From an uncultured Candidatus Saccharibacteria bacterium (GTDB lineage: Bacteria; Patescibacteriota; Doudnabacteria; UBA920; O2-02-FULL-48-8), in contig CAYOPE010000001.1 in NCBI GenBank assembly GCA_964405805.1, positions 4,898 to 68,897 on the forward strand: a DNA stretch of 64,000 nt, in the 5' to 3' direction. Below, in pieces: positions 55,959-64,000 of the stretch. Within the stretch, counting starts at the first letter, position 1. Every line of letters begins with the position of its first letter. Position numbers and translations under genes: made by a program. Below the pieces are notes generated by a model. It was given only the letters and a program-made list of their open reading frames with translations. It had not been told where the DNA came from and searched no databases.

Positions 55959-56240
55959 ATGGCTCAGATTTCGGCAAAGGTCAGGGCGCAGGACAGTCCG
56001 GAAACGGCCCGCACGGTGTTGGACGAGCTCGAGGGCACGATGCGATTGTATCGATCGATGACCCTTACCGTGCTGGGCAGGATTTCTCTGGTGATGGCCG
56101 GAGAGATCCACCGAGAAACAGCGGATCGACTCGCGGAGAAAGGGAACGACCCAGTGGTGATTACCCGGATCGAGTCGCTCGACCACTTGCTCGTGACAGT
56201 CCGGTGCAGCGCCGCGGAAGTGACGCTGCTCAAGGAGTAA
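55959..56240 (+). CDS. Hypothetical protein in a small GC-rich cassette
   Basis: ATG after GGCAGGAGGAT; followed by GC-rich terminator 56272-56304. Confidence 0.45.
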   Translation: MAQISAKVRAQDSPETARTVLDELEGTMRLYRSMTLTVLGRISLVMAGEIHRETADRLAEKGNDPVVITRIESLDHLLVTVRCSAAEVTLLKE

Positions 56241-56271
56241 CCAACAAGCTCGATTCGTCGGCTCGACTTCA

Positions 56272-56304
56272 CAGGCGGGGGCGCGTGTCGCTCCCGCCTT
56301 TTTT
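56272..56304 (+). terminator. GC-rich rho-independent terminator
   Basis: ggcgggggcgcgtgtcgctcccgcc-tttttttatt. Confidence 0.7.
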
Positions 56305-56362
56305 TATTGTCAAAAAACTGGTAAACTTAAAGAGATCCTAAAACAAGTTCAGGATTACGAAT

Positions 56363-57601
56363 ATGGCAAAAGAAATACCTCAGGTACTCAAGGGCTTTCG
56401 GGACTATCTGCCGCAGGAGCAGGCTGCTCGAAAGAAAATAATTGCGAAAATCTCTGAAGCTTTCGAGCGTTTCGGGTTTTTGCCTTTGGATACGCCAGCT
56501 CTGGAGCCATACGAATTATTTAAAGGCAAAATCGGCGAAGACGAAAAATTAATTTATAAATTTCAAGATCTCGGTGATCGTGAAGTAGCGTTGCGCTATG
56601 ATTTAACAGTCCCACTAGTGCGCGTGGTTTCTGAGTATCAGGATTTGCCGAAACCGTTTAAACGATACCAGATCGCCAATGTCTGGCGCGCTGACAAACC
56701 ACAAAAGGGAAGATACCGAGAATTCACGCAGTGCGACATAGATATCGTGGGCAGTAACTCGAAAATCGCAGACGCGGAAATCATCGCAGCTATGCTTGCG
56801 GCCTACAATAGTCTGGAGATGGGAAATTTTACTGTAAAAGTCAATGACCGCGAGCTAGTAAATCAGGTTTTAAGTGGGCTTGATGTGCCCAAAGAAAAAG
56901 TGGCTGGGTTTATCCGCATCATGGATAAGGTTGCTAAGATTGGTGAAGAGAAAGCATCAGCTATGCTGGTCGAAGCTGGATTTGAAAAAGAAATTCTGAA
57001 GAAATACTCGGAAGCTTGGGAAAGTTCTAGCAAATCATACTTCGACCAATTGCAAAAGCTACTTAGTGGCATGGGCGTGCCGAATATAGTTTTCGATAAA
57101 TACCTCATGCGCGGACAAGACTACTACACTGGCATCATTTTCGAATTTGAAATGAAAGAAAAACCAGAATTTGGCTCGCTCGGCGGCGGCGGTAGGTATG
57201 ATAAAATGTTTGGTCAGGTCACTGGCACTGACATGCCGGCAGTGGGAGGATCGATCGGCTTTGATCGGATGTTTGCGGCCCTTCAGGAAATGGGAGTGAT
57301 CGCCCCTCAGACTGCTGCTGAAGTGATTGTCTTTAATTTGGATGAAAAATTGACTGCAGAATATCTAAATATCGTAACCAATCTTCGAAACGCAGGAATC
57401 GATACTGAATTTTATTATGATGCCGTGAAAATTGATAAGCAATTTAAATATGCAGAGAGCAAAAACATGCAGGTCGCAGTGATCTTTGGCGAAAAAGAAG
57501 CAGGAATGCGCAAAGTCAACCTGAAAAATTTGCAAGAAAAAGAACAGCGGACCGTGGACATGGATGATTTGGTGACAGAAGTGAAGAGCATGCTCTGGTA
57601 A
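56363..57601 (+). CDS. hisS: Histidine--tRNA ligase (canonical)
   Basis: Motif 1/2/3 intact (...RYDLTVPLVR..., RYQIANVWRADKPQKGRYREFTQCD, GGGGRYD) and an anticodon-binding domain. Confidence 0.95.
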   Translation: MAKEIPQVLKGFRDYLPQEQAARKKIIAKISEAFERFGFLPLDTPALEPYELFKGKIGEDEKLIYKFQDLGDREVALRYDLTVPLVRVVSEYQDLPKPFKRYQIANVWRADKPQKGRYREFTQCDIDIVGSNSKIADAEIIAAMLAAYNSLEMGNFTVKVNDRELVNQVLSGLDVPKEKVAGFIRIMDKVAKIGEEKASAMLVEAGFEKEILKKYSEAWESSSKSYFDQLQKLLSGMGVPNIVFDKYLMRGQDYYTGIIFEFEMKEKPEFGSLGGGGRYDKMFGQVTGTDMPAVGGSIGFDRMFAALQEMGVIAPQTAAEVIVFNLDEKLTAEYLNIVTNLRNAGIDTEFYYDAVKIDKQFKYAESKNMQVAVIFGEKEAGMRKVNLKNLQEKEQRTVDMDDLVTEVKSMLW

Positions 57602-57650
57602 CCCGCAGTTAAACCCCTCCTTTTAAGGAGGGGTAGGGGAGGTAGAGTTT

Positions 57651-58058
57651 ATGCATCGTACAATAGGTTTTCGAAAAACTATCCCGATCAGAAGACAGCT
57701 CCGCAGAAACCTCACTGCTCCTGAAAAAGTATTCTGGGAACAAATTGCAAACCGACAGTTTCAAGACCTAAAGTTTGTAAAACAACATGGTATCGGTCCC
57801 TATATCGTAGACTTTTGTTGCCGAGCTTTAATGCTGATTATAGAAATAGATGGCGATAGTCATGCTACAAACTTTGGGATATCTCAAGACAAAGTCAGAA
57901 CCGGATATTTAGAAAACCTAGGCTACAAGATTATTCGCTATAATAACCACGATGTCATCAATAACCTCGATGGAGTGTTCCAAGATCTGAAAAGCAAAAC
58001 CGACCTCCTCTTAATCTCCTCCTTAAAAGGAGGAGAGATAACTGCGCGGGAGTCCTAA
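57651..58058 (+). CDS. DUF559 (Vsr-like endonuclease fold) protein, paralog 2
   Basis: ...KFVKQHGIGPYIVDFCCRALMLIIEIDGDSH...GYKIIRYNNHDV. The C-terminal 14 codons translate the 42-nt repeat (58004-58045). Confidence 0.8.
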   Translation: MHRTIGFRKTIPIRRQLRRNLTAPEKVFWEQIANRQFQDLKFVKQHGIGPYIVDFCCRALMLIIEIDGDSHATNFGISQDKVRTGYLENLGYKIIRYNNHDVINNLDGVFQDLKSKTDLLLISSLKGGEITARES

Positions 58059-58059
58059 T

Positions 58060-59544
58060 ATGAATCTAACCAAATCCAAAATTTTTTTGATCCTTTGCTT
58101 GGGCTTCATTGTGGGCATTGCGATCGGGCGATTCATAAGTTATCAAATCATGGCTGTGTGTGCCATGATTTTTATAATTGTTGCCACAGTCAATTGGCCA
58201 AATAGAATTGCTGCGGTTGTGGGAATAGCCGGGCTTGTTTTATTGCTCGGCGCTGTTAGATTTAAGACGAATTTCGCGCAGAATGATCTTGCGGCATATT
58301 ATAACCAGAAAGCCGAAGTGATTGGTGTGATCAGTGAAGAACCAGACGAACGGTCAGACAAAGTTTATCTGACTTTGGGCGATCTTGAGATCAATGGAGC
58401 GAAAAAACAGTCGAAAATTTTGCTAACTGTGAATTTGTATCCCAAATACGAGTATGGCCAGAAGCTGAAGTTCACAGCCAAGATCACTGAGCCAAAAGAA
58501 TATACAGATTTTTCCTACAAAAATTATTTATCGCGCTTTGGCATTGACGCAGTCGTGTATTTGCCGAAAATCGAAGTTGTGGACGGCCAGTTTGGTAATT
58601 CTATCAAGCTTGGCATCTTGCGTTTGAAGCAGAAATTTGTGAAAGCCCTCGGCAATGTCCTACCAGAACCACAGAACGCATTTCTTGGCGGCTTGCTTTT
58701 GGGAGCCAAAAGGCAAATCCCGAAAGAGCTGTCAGATCAATTTAGTAAAACAGGCACGTCACATATTGTCGCTATCTCTGGCTACAACATCACGATCATT
58801 GCCGGCGGCATCGAATGGCTACTGGCTTGGTTTGGCGTGCGAAAAAGGATTTCATTTGGCATTGCGATCATAGCGATCGTCGGCTTTGTAGTTATGACTG
58901 GCGCTTCTGCTTCTGCGGTGCGCGCGGGCATCATGGGCATTTTACTTTTACTGTCTCTGAATGTCGGCAGAGTAAGTGTGGCAGCGAATGCATTAGCATT
59001 TACCGCAGTGGTCATGCTTCTGATCAATCCGCAAATTCTGGCTTTTGATGTGGGCTTTCAGTTGTCATTTGCTGCGCTGATAGGAATTATCTATTTAGTG
59101 CCACTGATTGAACCGTATTTTTTGTGGCTGCCAAATTTTCTAAGCGCTCGGCAATATTTTTTAGCGACTCTCGCTGCCCAAATTTTTACTTTGCCGATCC
59201 TGGTCTATAATTTCGGCCAGCTTTCACTCGTCTCACTGCTCCCAAACATTCTAGTCCTACCCACAGTGCCAGCTGCCATGCTGTTTGGATTTATCACGGG
59301 ACTCATGGCTATGATTTGGGCCAAGCTTGCGTACTGGGCAGCCGGGATTACGTGGTTGATCCTGACTTACATTCTGAAAGTTATTGGATTTTTTGCGCAT
59401 CTGTCATTTGCCTCAGTCTCGATTCACGTCAATTTTTGGTGGGTCGTCTGTTATTACTTGCTTTTGAGTCTAATTTTTGTTAAACTTAGTAGGCAAAAGG
59501 AGGCCGACGCGCTAGCGTTGGCAAAACACGAAAATGAGTTTTAA
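58060..59544 (+). CDS. comEC: ComEC/Rec2 family DNA internalization channel (no C-terminal beta-lactamase domain)
   Basis: Competence domain ...[16 protein letters not shown]... with 10+ TM segments. Confidence 0.85.
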   Translation: MNLTKSKIFLILCLGFIVGIAIGRFISYQIMAVCAMIFIIVATVNWPNRIAAVVGIAGLVLLLGAVRFKTNFAQNDLAAYYNQKAEVIGVISEEPDERSDKVYLTLGDLEINGAKKQSKILLTVNLYPKYEYGQKLKFTAKITEPKEYTDFSYKNYLSRFGIDAVVYLPKIEVVDGQFGNSIKLGILRLKQKFVKALGNVLPEPQNAFLGGLLLGAKRQIPKELSDQFSKTGTSHIVAISGYNITIIAGGIEWLLAWFGVRKRISFGIAIIAIVGFVVMTGASASAVRAGIMGILLLLSLNVGRVSVAANALAFTAVVMLLINPQILAFDVGFQLSFAALIGIIYLVPLIEPYFLWLPNFLSARQYFLATLAAQIFTLPILVYNFGQLSLVSLLPNILVLPTVPAAMLFGFITGLMAMIWAKLAYWAAGITWLILTYILKVIGFFAHLSFASVSIHVNFWWVVCYYLLLSLIFVKLSRQKEADALALAKHENEF

Positions 59545-60184
59545 TAAAATTTTAACAGGATTGATAGTTATCGGTGTCGTGGTCGCTGGCTACTTCTATT
59601 TTAAGACCAACAAAGTCCAAATGCCGAATCCTCAGACCTTAACTACAAATAATCAAGAAACTACCACAGAAAATAATCCGCCAGCGAATCCGAACGCGCC
59701 TGTGGCTGTGTTTGATGTCAAAGATTTCGGCACTTTCGAAATCACACTCAATGCCAAAGCCGCACCGAAGACTGTAGCGAATTTCGTCAAGCTTGCGCAG
59801 CAAGGATTTTACAATGGCCTGACTTTTCATCGTATTGTCGAAGGTTTCATGATCCAGGGCGGGGACCCGAAAGGTGATGGCACTGGCGGACCTGGCTACA
59901 CTGTGCCAGCTGAGATTGGACTCAAGCATACTCTTGGCGCGATCGCCATGGCGCGTACTGGTGATCAGGTCAATCCGACCAAAGCTTCTTCTGGCAGTCA
60001 ATTTTATATCACACTTGCTCCGCAGCCGAGTCTGGATGGTCAGTACACTGTGTTTGGCTATGTCACTTCTGGCATGGAAGTAGTCTCGAAGATCGGCCTG
60101 ACCCCTACTGATGTCAGTCCGCAAACCGGCGAACAGTCGACTCCGATTACTCCTGTGATAATTAATAAGATTACGATTAAATAG
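59534..60184 (+). CDS. ppiB: Peptidyl-prolyl cis-trans isomerase, cyclophilin type
   Basis: [15 protein letters not shown]...GGPGY is the cyclophilin signature; N-terminal TM anchor. Confidence 0.9.
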   Translation: MSFNKILTGLIVIGVVVAGYFYFKTNKVQMPNPQTLTTNNQETTTENNPPANPNAPVAVFDVKDFGTFEITLNAKAAPKTVANFVKLAQQGFYNGLTFHRIVEGFMIQGGDPKGDGTGGPGYTVPAEIGLKHTLGAIAMARTGDQVNPTKASSGSQFYITLAPQPSLDGQYTVFGYVTSGMEVVSKIGLTPTDVSPQTGEQSTPITPVIINKITIK

Positions 60185-60187
60185 CTC

Positions 60188-61255
60188 ATGGATAAAACTG
60201 AATTTCCGATTTTTAAGACCAAGATTGCTGGAGTTGATCAAAAATTCGATTTAAATAATGTTGCGAGCAGGAAAGAATATTTTCAAGCCAAGGTCGGCAC
60301 TGAGATTGCGAAACTAAAAAAGTTTTTGGACAAGACCGCCTTTGTTTCTTTTTTGATTGGTAAGAAAAATTCAGGAAAAGGCACGTATTCGAAGATGTTT
60401 AAGGAGATGGTGAATCCAGAGAAAGTGGGGCATCTGTCTGTGGGCGATTTGGTGCGCGATATTCATCAAGCTTTAGAAAGTACTCCGGAAGCCAAAGAAA
60501 AATTACTCGAATTTCTGAAAGATAATTATCGGGGCTTTCATAATTTGGAGGAAATTTTGGATTTGATCTCAGGCCGAAGCCAATCAACTCTCATTTCTTC
60601 AGAGTTAATTTTGGCTTTAATCAAATACGAAATTGGCAAGCGGCCGAAGCAAGCACTATTTATCGATGGCTTCCCTCGAGCTTTTGACCAAATCAGCTAC
60701 TCTTTATTTTTAAAAGAAATTATTGGTTACACTCACGAACCAGATTTTTTGGCTTTTATTAGTGTGGCCAATTCTGTGATAGATGAACGCATAAAATACC
60801 GCGTGATTTGTCCGATTTGTAAAACTCCTCGCAATACTAAATTGCTGGCCACACACAAAGCAGGTTATGATGAGAAAACTAAAGAATTTTATCTAATTTG
60901 CGATGATCATAACGAGCGCATGGTGCCCAAAGAAGGTGATGAACTAGGAATTGAGCCCATTCGCGAGAGATTAGAAGTGGATAATCAGATTTTCCAGCAA
61001 CTTTTGAAGCTCACTGGCGTGCCCAAAGTGTATCTTCGAAATTCGATCCCAGTAGCTGTGGCCAAAGAGTACGTGGATGATTATGAAATTACCCCAGAAT
61101 ACTATTATGAGAAAGACGCAGCCACAGGAGAGGTAAAAATTTTGCAGCGACCATGGACGATCAAAGATGACGATGGCGTGGAATCCTACAGTTTGCTACC
61201 ACAGGCCGTGGTAGTAGCTCTCATAAAGCAAACAGCACAGATCTTGGGTTTGTAA
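60188..61255 (+). CDS. Extended adenylate-kinase-like P-loop protein
   Basis: P-loop IGKKNSGKGT, LSVGDLVRD (AMP-binding-like) and an LID-like zinc knuckle CPICKTPRN...CDDHNERMVPKEGDE. 355 aa versus ~215 for canonical Adk. Confidence 0.45.
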   Translation: MDKTEFPIFKTKIAGVDQKFDLNNVASRKEYFQAKVGTEIAKLKKFLDKTAFVSFLIGKKNSGKGTYSKMFKEMVNPEKVGHLSVGDLVRDIHQALESTPEAKEKLLEFLKDNYRGFHNLEEILDLISGRSQSTLISSELILALIKYEIGKRPKQALFIDGFPRAFDQISYSLFLKEIIGYTHEPDFLAFISVANSVIDERIKYRVICPICKTPRNTKLLATHKAGYDEKTKEFYLICDDHNERMVPKEGDELGIEPIRERLEVDNQIFQQLLKLTGVPKVYLRNSIPVAVAKEYVDDYEITPEYYYEKDAATGEVKILQRPWTIKDDDGVESYSLLPQAVVVALIKQTAQILGL

Positions 61256-61352
61256 AATCTTGAGCAGTCCTGAGAAATCAGAGCTGTTTTTGTTTTGACA
61301 CAGGTTGCGTTTCGCGATAATATAAATAGCCGATTTCGGCAGGAGGATACCT

Positions 61353-61628
61353 ATGGCACGGATACAGCGAGACCCCCAGCGCAGCACGATCATCTTGGCG
61401 ACAGTTGTCGTCAAGGGTGGCAAGGGCCGACAGGCTGTGGCCTTCAACGTCGGGTCAGAAGACATCGAGAAAGCCAAGAAGGAACTCGCGGCCGCGGCTG
61501 ACGCGGACGGCAACATGCTCTGTCTCAGCGAAATTCCGATTTGGACCGGTGACGCGGTTGCCTCGTATCGTGAAGTCGTTGGTCGCTTGGTCACCAAGCA
61601 CGTCGTGGCCAAGCAGTCGGCCGCATAA
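61353..61628 (+). CDS. Hypothetical protein (GC-rich cassette gene 1)
   Basis: ATG after GGCAGGAGGAT, the same RBS context as 55959. Confidence 0.4.
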   Translation: MARIQRDPQRSTIILATVVVKGGKGRQAVAFNVGSEDIEKAKKELAAAADADGNMLCLSEIPIWTGDAVASYREVVGRLVTKHVVAKQSAA

Positions 61629-61641
61629 CGAAGGAGGTCTC

Positions 61642-61947
61642 ATGCACTTTGTGGCCATCGTGAGCTTCAATCTGCCGCACAGAACCGGGGTTGGAGTCAG
61701 TCACACCAAGGCTTTCCTGGCAGAAAGCCGTCCGATTGCGCAGTTCTTCGTCGAGCAGTTCGCCAGACTGCTTCGGGAAAAGGAGGGGTCAGTCACTCAT
61801 TTTTCTGTGGTCGGTGCTGTCCACGAGCTGATCCCTATCGACAGCACTACTGATGTGCCGGCTCTGGTCCAGAGAATTGTGGACGAGCTCGTGGAGGAAC
61901 GCCGGAAAGAGGTTGCGAGATCACGTCAGGAATACCTGCGCGACTGA
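61642..61947 (+). CDS. Hypothetical protein (GC-rich cassette gene 2)
   Basis: ATG after GAAGGAGG; ends before GC-rich terminator 61960-61996. Confidence 0.4.
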   Translation: MHFVAIVSFNLPHRTGVGVSHTKAFLAESRPIAQFFVEQFARLLREKEGSVTHFSVVGAVHELIPIDSTTDVPALVQRIVDELVEERRKEVARSRQEYLRD

Positions 61948-61959
61948 TACTCCGAGTTT

Positions 61960-61996
61960 CCAAGAGGCGGGACGCCTTGCGTCCCGCCCTTTTCTT
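61960..61996 (+). terminator. GC-rich rho-independent terminator
   Basis: ggcgggacgccttgcgtcccgcc-cttttcttttg. Confidence 0.7.
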
Positions 61997-62021
61997 TTGC
62001 CAATTTTGCTATAATAGACCC

Positions 62022-62939
62022 ATGCCTGAATTACCTGAGGTCGAAACCGTGGTTTCTGAACTGCGGTCGAAGCTGAGAAATAAGAAAATAAAAGAAGTCA
62101 GGGTGCTGCTGCCGAAAATGGTCGCAATCGGTCCGCATACTTTACCCAATCTGAGACGGACCGATTCGCAGACAGCAGCAGACTTTGCGCGGACACTGCG
62201 GAATCAGAAAATTTCTGGTGTTTCTCGTCGTGCTAAAATGATTATCATTGATCTTGCAGGTAAGTACGCCATCTTGGTCCATCTTAAGATGACGGGCCAA
62301 CTGATTTTTTTCGACAAAAAACATTTGGACAAGCAAATCAAGCTTTTGAATATTGAAAACACGAAAGCGGTCCACCTGCCTGCCAAGTCCACGCATGTAA
62401 TTTTTGATTTTGCGGATGGATCGAAACTTTTTTACAATGACTTTCGGCAGTTTGGGTATCTGAAATTGGTCACAGATAAAGAATTGTCACAGGTTTCGGA
62501 GCTGCAAGGCTATGGACCAGAGCCTTTGGCCGCAAATTTCACGTACGTGAAATTTGCTGAACTGCTGAAGAAGAGATCCAACGCGCTGATCAAGCCGTGG
62601 CTTATGGATCCCACGATCATCGCAGGCATCGGCAACATTTATTCTGACGAAATTCTGTATTTTGCCAAAGTCCGGCCAGACAGACGAGTGAAAAGTTTGT
62701 CTGGGACTGAGAAAAAATTGGTTTTCAAAGGCATAAAAAAGATTTTGCAGGATGCAGTAAATCATTACGGCTCATCAGTCGGGGACTTTGTCAGACCCTC
62801 AGGCGACTGGGGCACGTATGGTCTTCTTCATAAGGTTTACGGCCGCGCCGGGGAAAAGTGTAAAAGATGTGGTACTATAATAAAGAGCATGAAATTTAAT
62901 GGCAGGACGGGTTGCTACTGCCCGCGAGAACAGAGGTAG
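62022..62939 (+). CDS. mutM: Formamidopyrimidine-DNA glycosylase
   Basis: MPELPEVETVV N-terminus (catalytic Pro2/Glu3), H2TH region, C-terminal zinc finger CKRCG...CYCP. Confidence 0.9.
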   Translation: MPELPEVETVVSELRSKLRNKKIKEVRVLLPKMVAIGPHTLPNLRRTDSQTAADFARTLRNQKISGVSRRAKMIIIDLAGKYAILVHLKMTGQLIFFDKKHLDKQIKLLNIENTKAVHLPAKSTHVIFDFADGSKLFYNDFRQFGYLKLVTDKELSQVSELQGYGPEPLAANFTYVKFAELLKKRSNALIKPWLMDPTIIAGIGNIYSDEILYFAKVRPDRRVKSLSGTEKKLVFKGIKKILQDAVNHYGSSVGDFVRPSGDWGTYGLLHKVYGRAGEKCKRCGTIIKSMKFNGRTGCYCPREQR

Positions 62940-63021
62940 GTTCCTCCCCTAGAATAGGGGAGGTTAGGAGGGGTAGATTCCAGGATCTACCACCCCCAGC
63001 CCCTCCTATTCTAGGAGGGGA
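62939..63021. repeat. 85-nt palindromic GC-rich element R2 (supplies the SD for the 63031 ORF)
   Basis: Differs from R1 (12586-12672) at only 2-3 positions. Confidence 0.85.
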
Positions 63022-63030
63022 GAAAAAACC

Positions 63031-63375
63031 ATGCAAGATGATAAATGGGAAGCGCTAAAAGAAGAATTGAAACGCAAGTTCAAAGTCGAAGATCAGCACT
63101 TTGAAGATTTGATTACGTCCACTGCGGATGGGCCAGTTATTTCTGGCAAGGTCGAAGTGATTATCTTCGAAACTCCCATGGGTAAGATCAAACTTGTGCG
63201 TGAAAGCAAACCCGTGGTCCTGGGCAAAAAAGAATTCTACAGTCATCAGCAGGGAAAAGCCGCCAGGACTGAGTACCAATTTTCAGACACAGAATTTTCT
63301 CACAAGATCAAAGCATATAAATTAGATGATGAAGACGAATGGAAGGAGATGGATGCTGCAGCATTTGGAAATTAA
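63031..63375 (+). CDS. Hypothetical protein
   Basis: ATG 8 nt after GGAGGGGAGA, which is contributed by repeat R2. Confidence 0.5.
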   Translation: MQDDKWEALKEELKRKFKVEDQHFEDLITSTADGPVISGKVEVIIFETPMGKIKLVRESKPVVLGKKEFYSHQQGKAARTEYQFSDTEFSHKIKAYKLDDEDEWKEMDAAAFGN

Positions 63376-64000
63376 GGAAAATCAGAAACAAAAGTTAGCA
63401 GAGGCGATTGTTTCAACTCTAGTTTTTTTCAGTTTGTATAATTTACCTCTCTCTTCGCGTCGCGTTTTTGAACTACTGCTCGGAACTAGATCTACGCAAG
63501 CAGAAGTCGATGAGATGTTGAATTTTTTGGCAGTAAATAATCTCATTTTCACTCAGAATGGTTTGTTTGCGCTGAAAAAATGGGACGCAGCAGTATATAA
63601 TGCCAATCAACTAGAGCTCACGAAAAAATGGCAGAAGATTGATCGCTATTTTTCTTGGCTTGCGGTTCTACCATTTGTCCGCCAGATCTCAGTGATCAAT
63701 AGCTTGGCCCTAGGCACGGCTGACAGCGACTCAGACATTGATTTTTTGGTCATCACTAATCCTGGTCGGCTGTACTTTGTGCGATCAATCATCATTGTCC
63801 TGTTTCGCTTGCTCGGGGTTTACAAAACACGACAAAAAATCAAAGACAGATTTTGTTTTGGCTTTTTTGTCTCAGAGAGAAAACAAGATCTACACGAGCT
63901 ATTGTTGAAACCTCAAGATCCGTATTTGGTTTTCTGGCTGGCAAACATGCGACCGATACTTGGTCGGCAAGCATACGAGCACTTTATGCAAGAAAATGCT
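63353..64000 (+). CDS. Nucleotidyltransferase-domain protein (3' end outside window)
   Basis: ORF open to the window end; ...NSLALGTADSDSDIDFLVIT... is a minimal nucleotidyltransferase (GS-x9-DxD) motif. Confidence 0.5.
   Translation, partial: MLQHLEIKENQKQKLAEAIVSTLVFFSLYNLPLSSRRVFELLLGTRSTQAEVDEMLNFLAVNNLIFTQNGLFALKKWDAAVYNANQLELTKKWQKIDRYFSWLAVLPFVRQISVINSLALGTADSDSDIDFLVITNPGRLYFVRSIIIVLFRLLGVYKTRQKIKDRFCFGFFVSERKQDLHELLLKPQDPYLVFWLANMRPILGRQAYEHFMQENA

Noticed and set aside
61405-61947. 180-aa ORF spanning both GC-rich cassette genes
   Set aside because: Its N-terminal half overlaps 61353-61628 in another frame with Arg/Ser-rich composition. The real gene most likely starts at ATG 61642 after GAAGGAGG.
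11668-63021. Possible CRISPR array formed by the many GC-rich palindromic repeats
   Set aside because: The repeats are not regularly spaced, differ in sequence, are separated by genes rather than 30-40 bp spacers, and no cas genes are present.
1-64000. rRNA genes
   Set aside because: No 16S/23S/5S-like conserved stretches were seen.

Overview
This 64 kb window is a low-GC (~38-40%) bacterial chromosome segment with a small-genome, Patescibacteria/CPR-like gene set: monoderm-style type IV pilus genes, ftsA-ftsZ, dprA-topA, comEC, an LCP protein and B12-dependent class II RNR. Recognisable blocks are, in order: the uvrA 3' end; a 7-gene type IV pilus operon (pilB, pilC, five prepilin-like genes, one carrying LVIVD beta-propeller repeats); a yerC/TrpR-like regulator; the heat-shock operon hrcA-grpE-dnaK-dnaJ preceded by two canonical CIRCE operators; an accessory island (frameshifted CPBP protease, two tandem secreted-protein genes sharing an identical 5' module, and a REP-flanked RAYT/IS200-like transposase next to tRNA-Lys); rsuA/rluB, ndh-like, dus, topA, capA, dprA, pth, der, LCP, tRNA-Val, lepB, a degenerate HisRS paralog, rpsU, yqeY, ftsA, ftsZ; a ~6.7 kb GC-rich island (upp, a radical-SAM-like gene, purB, a HAD gene and a purC-purE fusion); an ATP-grasp gene; a B12 module (NrdR box, nrdR, nrdJ, HIT, cobO, DUF4430, ECF-S-like); two DUF559 genes bracketing canonical hisS; comEC, ppiB, an extended adenylate-kinase-like gene, mutM and a partial nucleotidyltransferase gene. 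Two genome-scale patterns stand out. The AT-rich backbone is interrupted by at least ten ~55-62% GC insertions carrying unknown small genes, a TonB-like gene and nucleotide-metabolism genes. Several families of GC-rich palindromic repeats (CCTCC/GGAGG hairpins, an 85-nt element, a 42-nt element, TACGAAA inverted repeats) sit directly upstream of start codons and in some cases inside coding sequence in frame. I found no rRNA and no CRISPR array.
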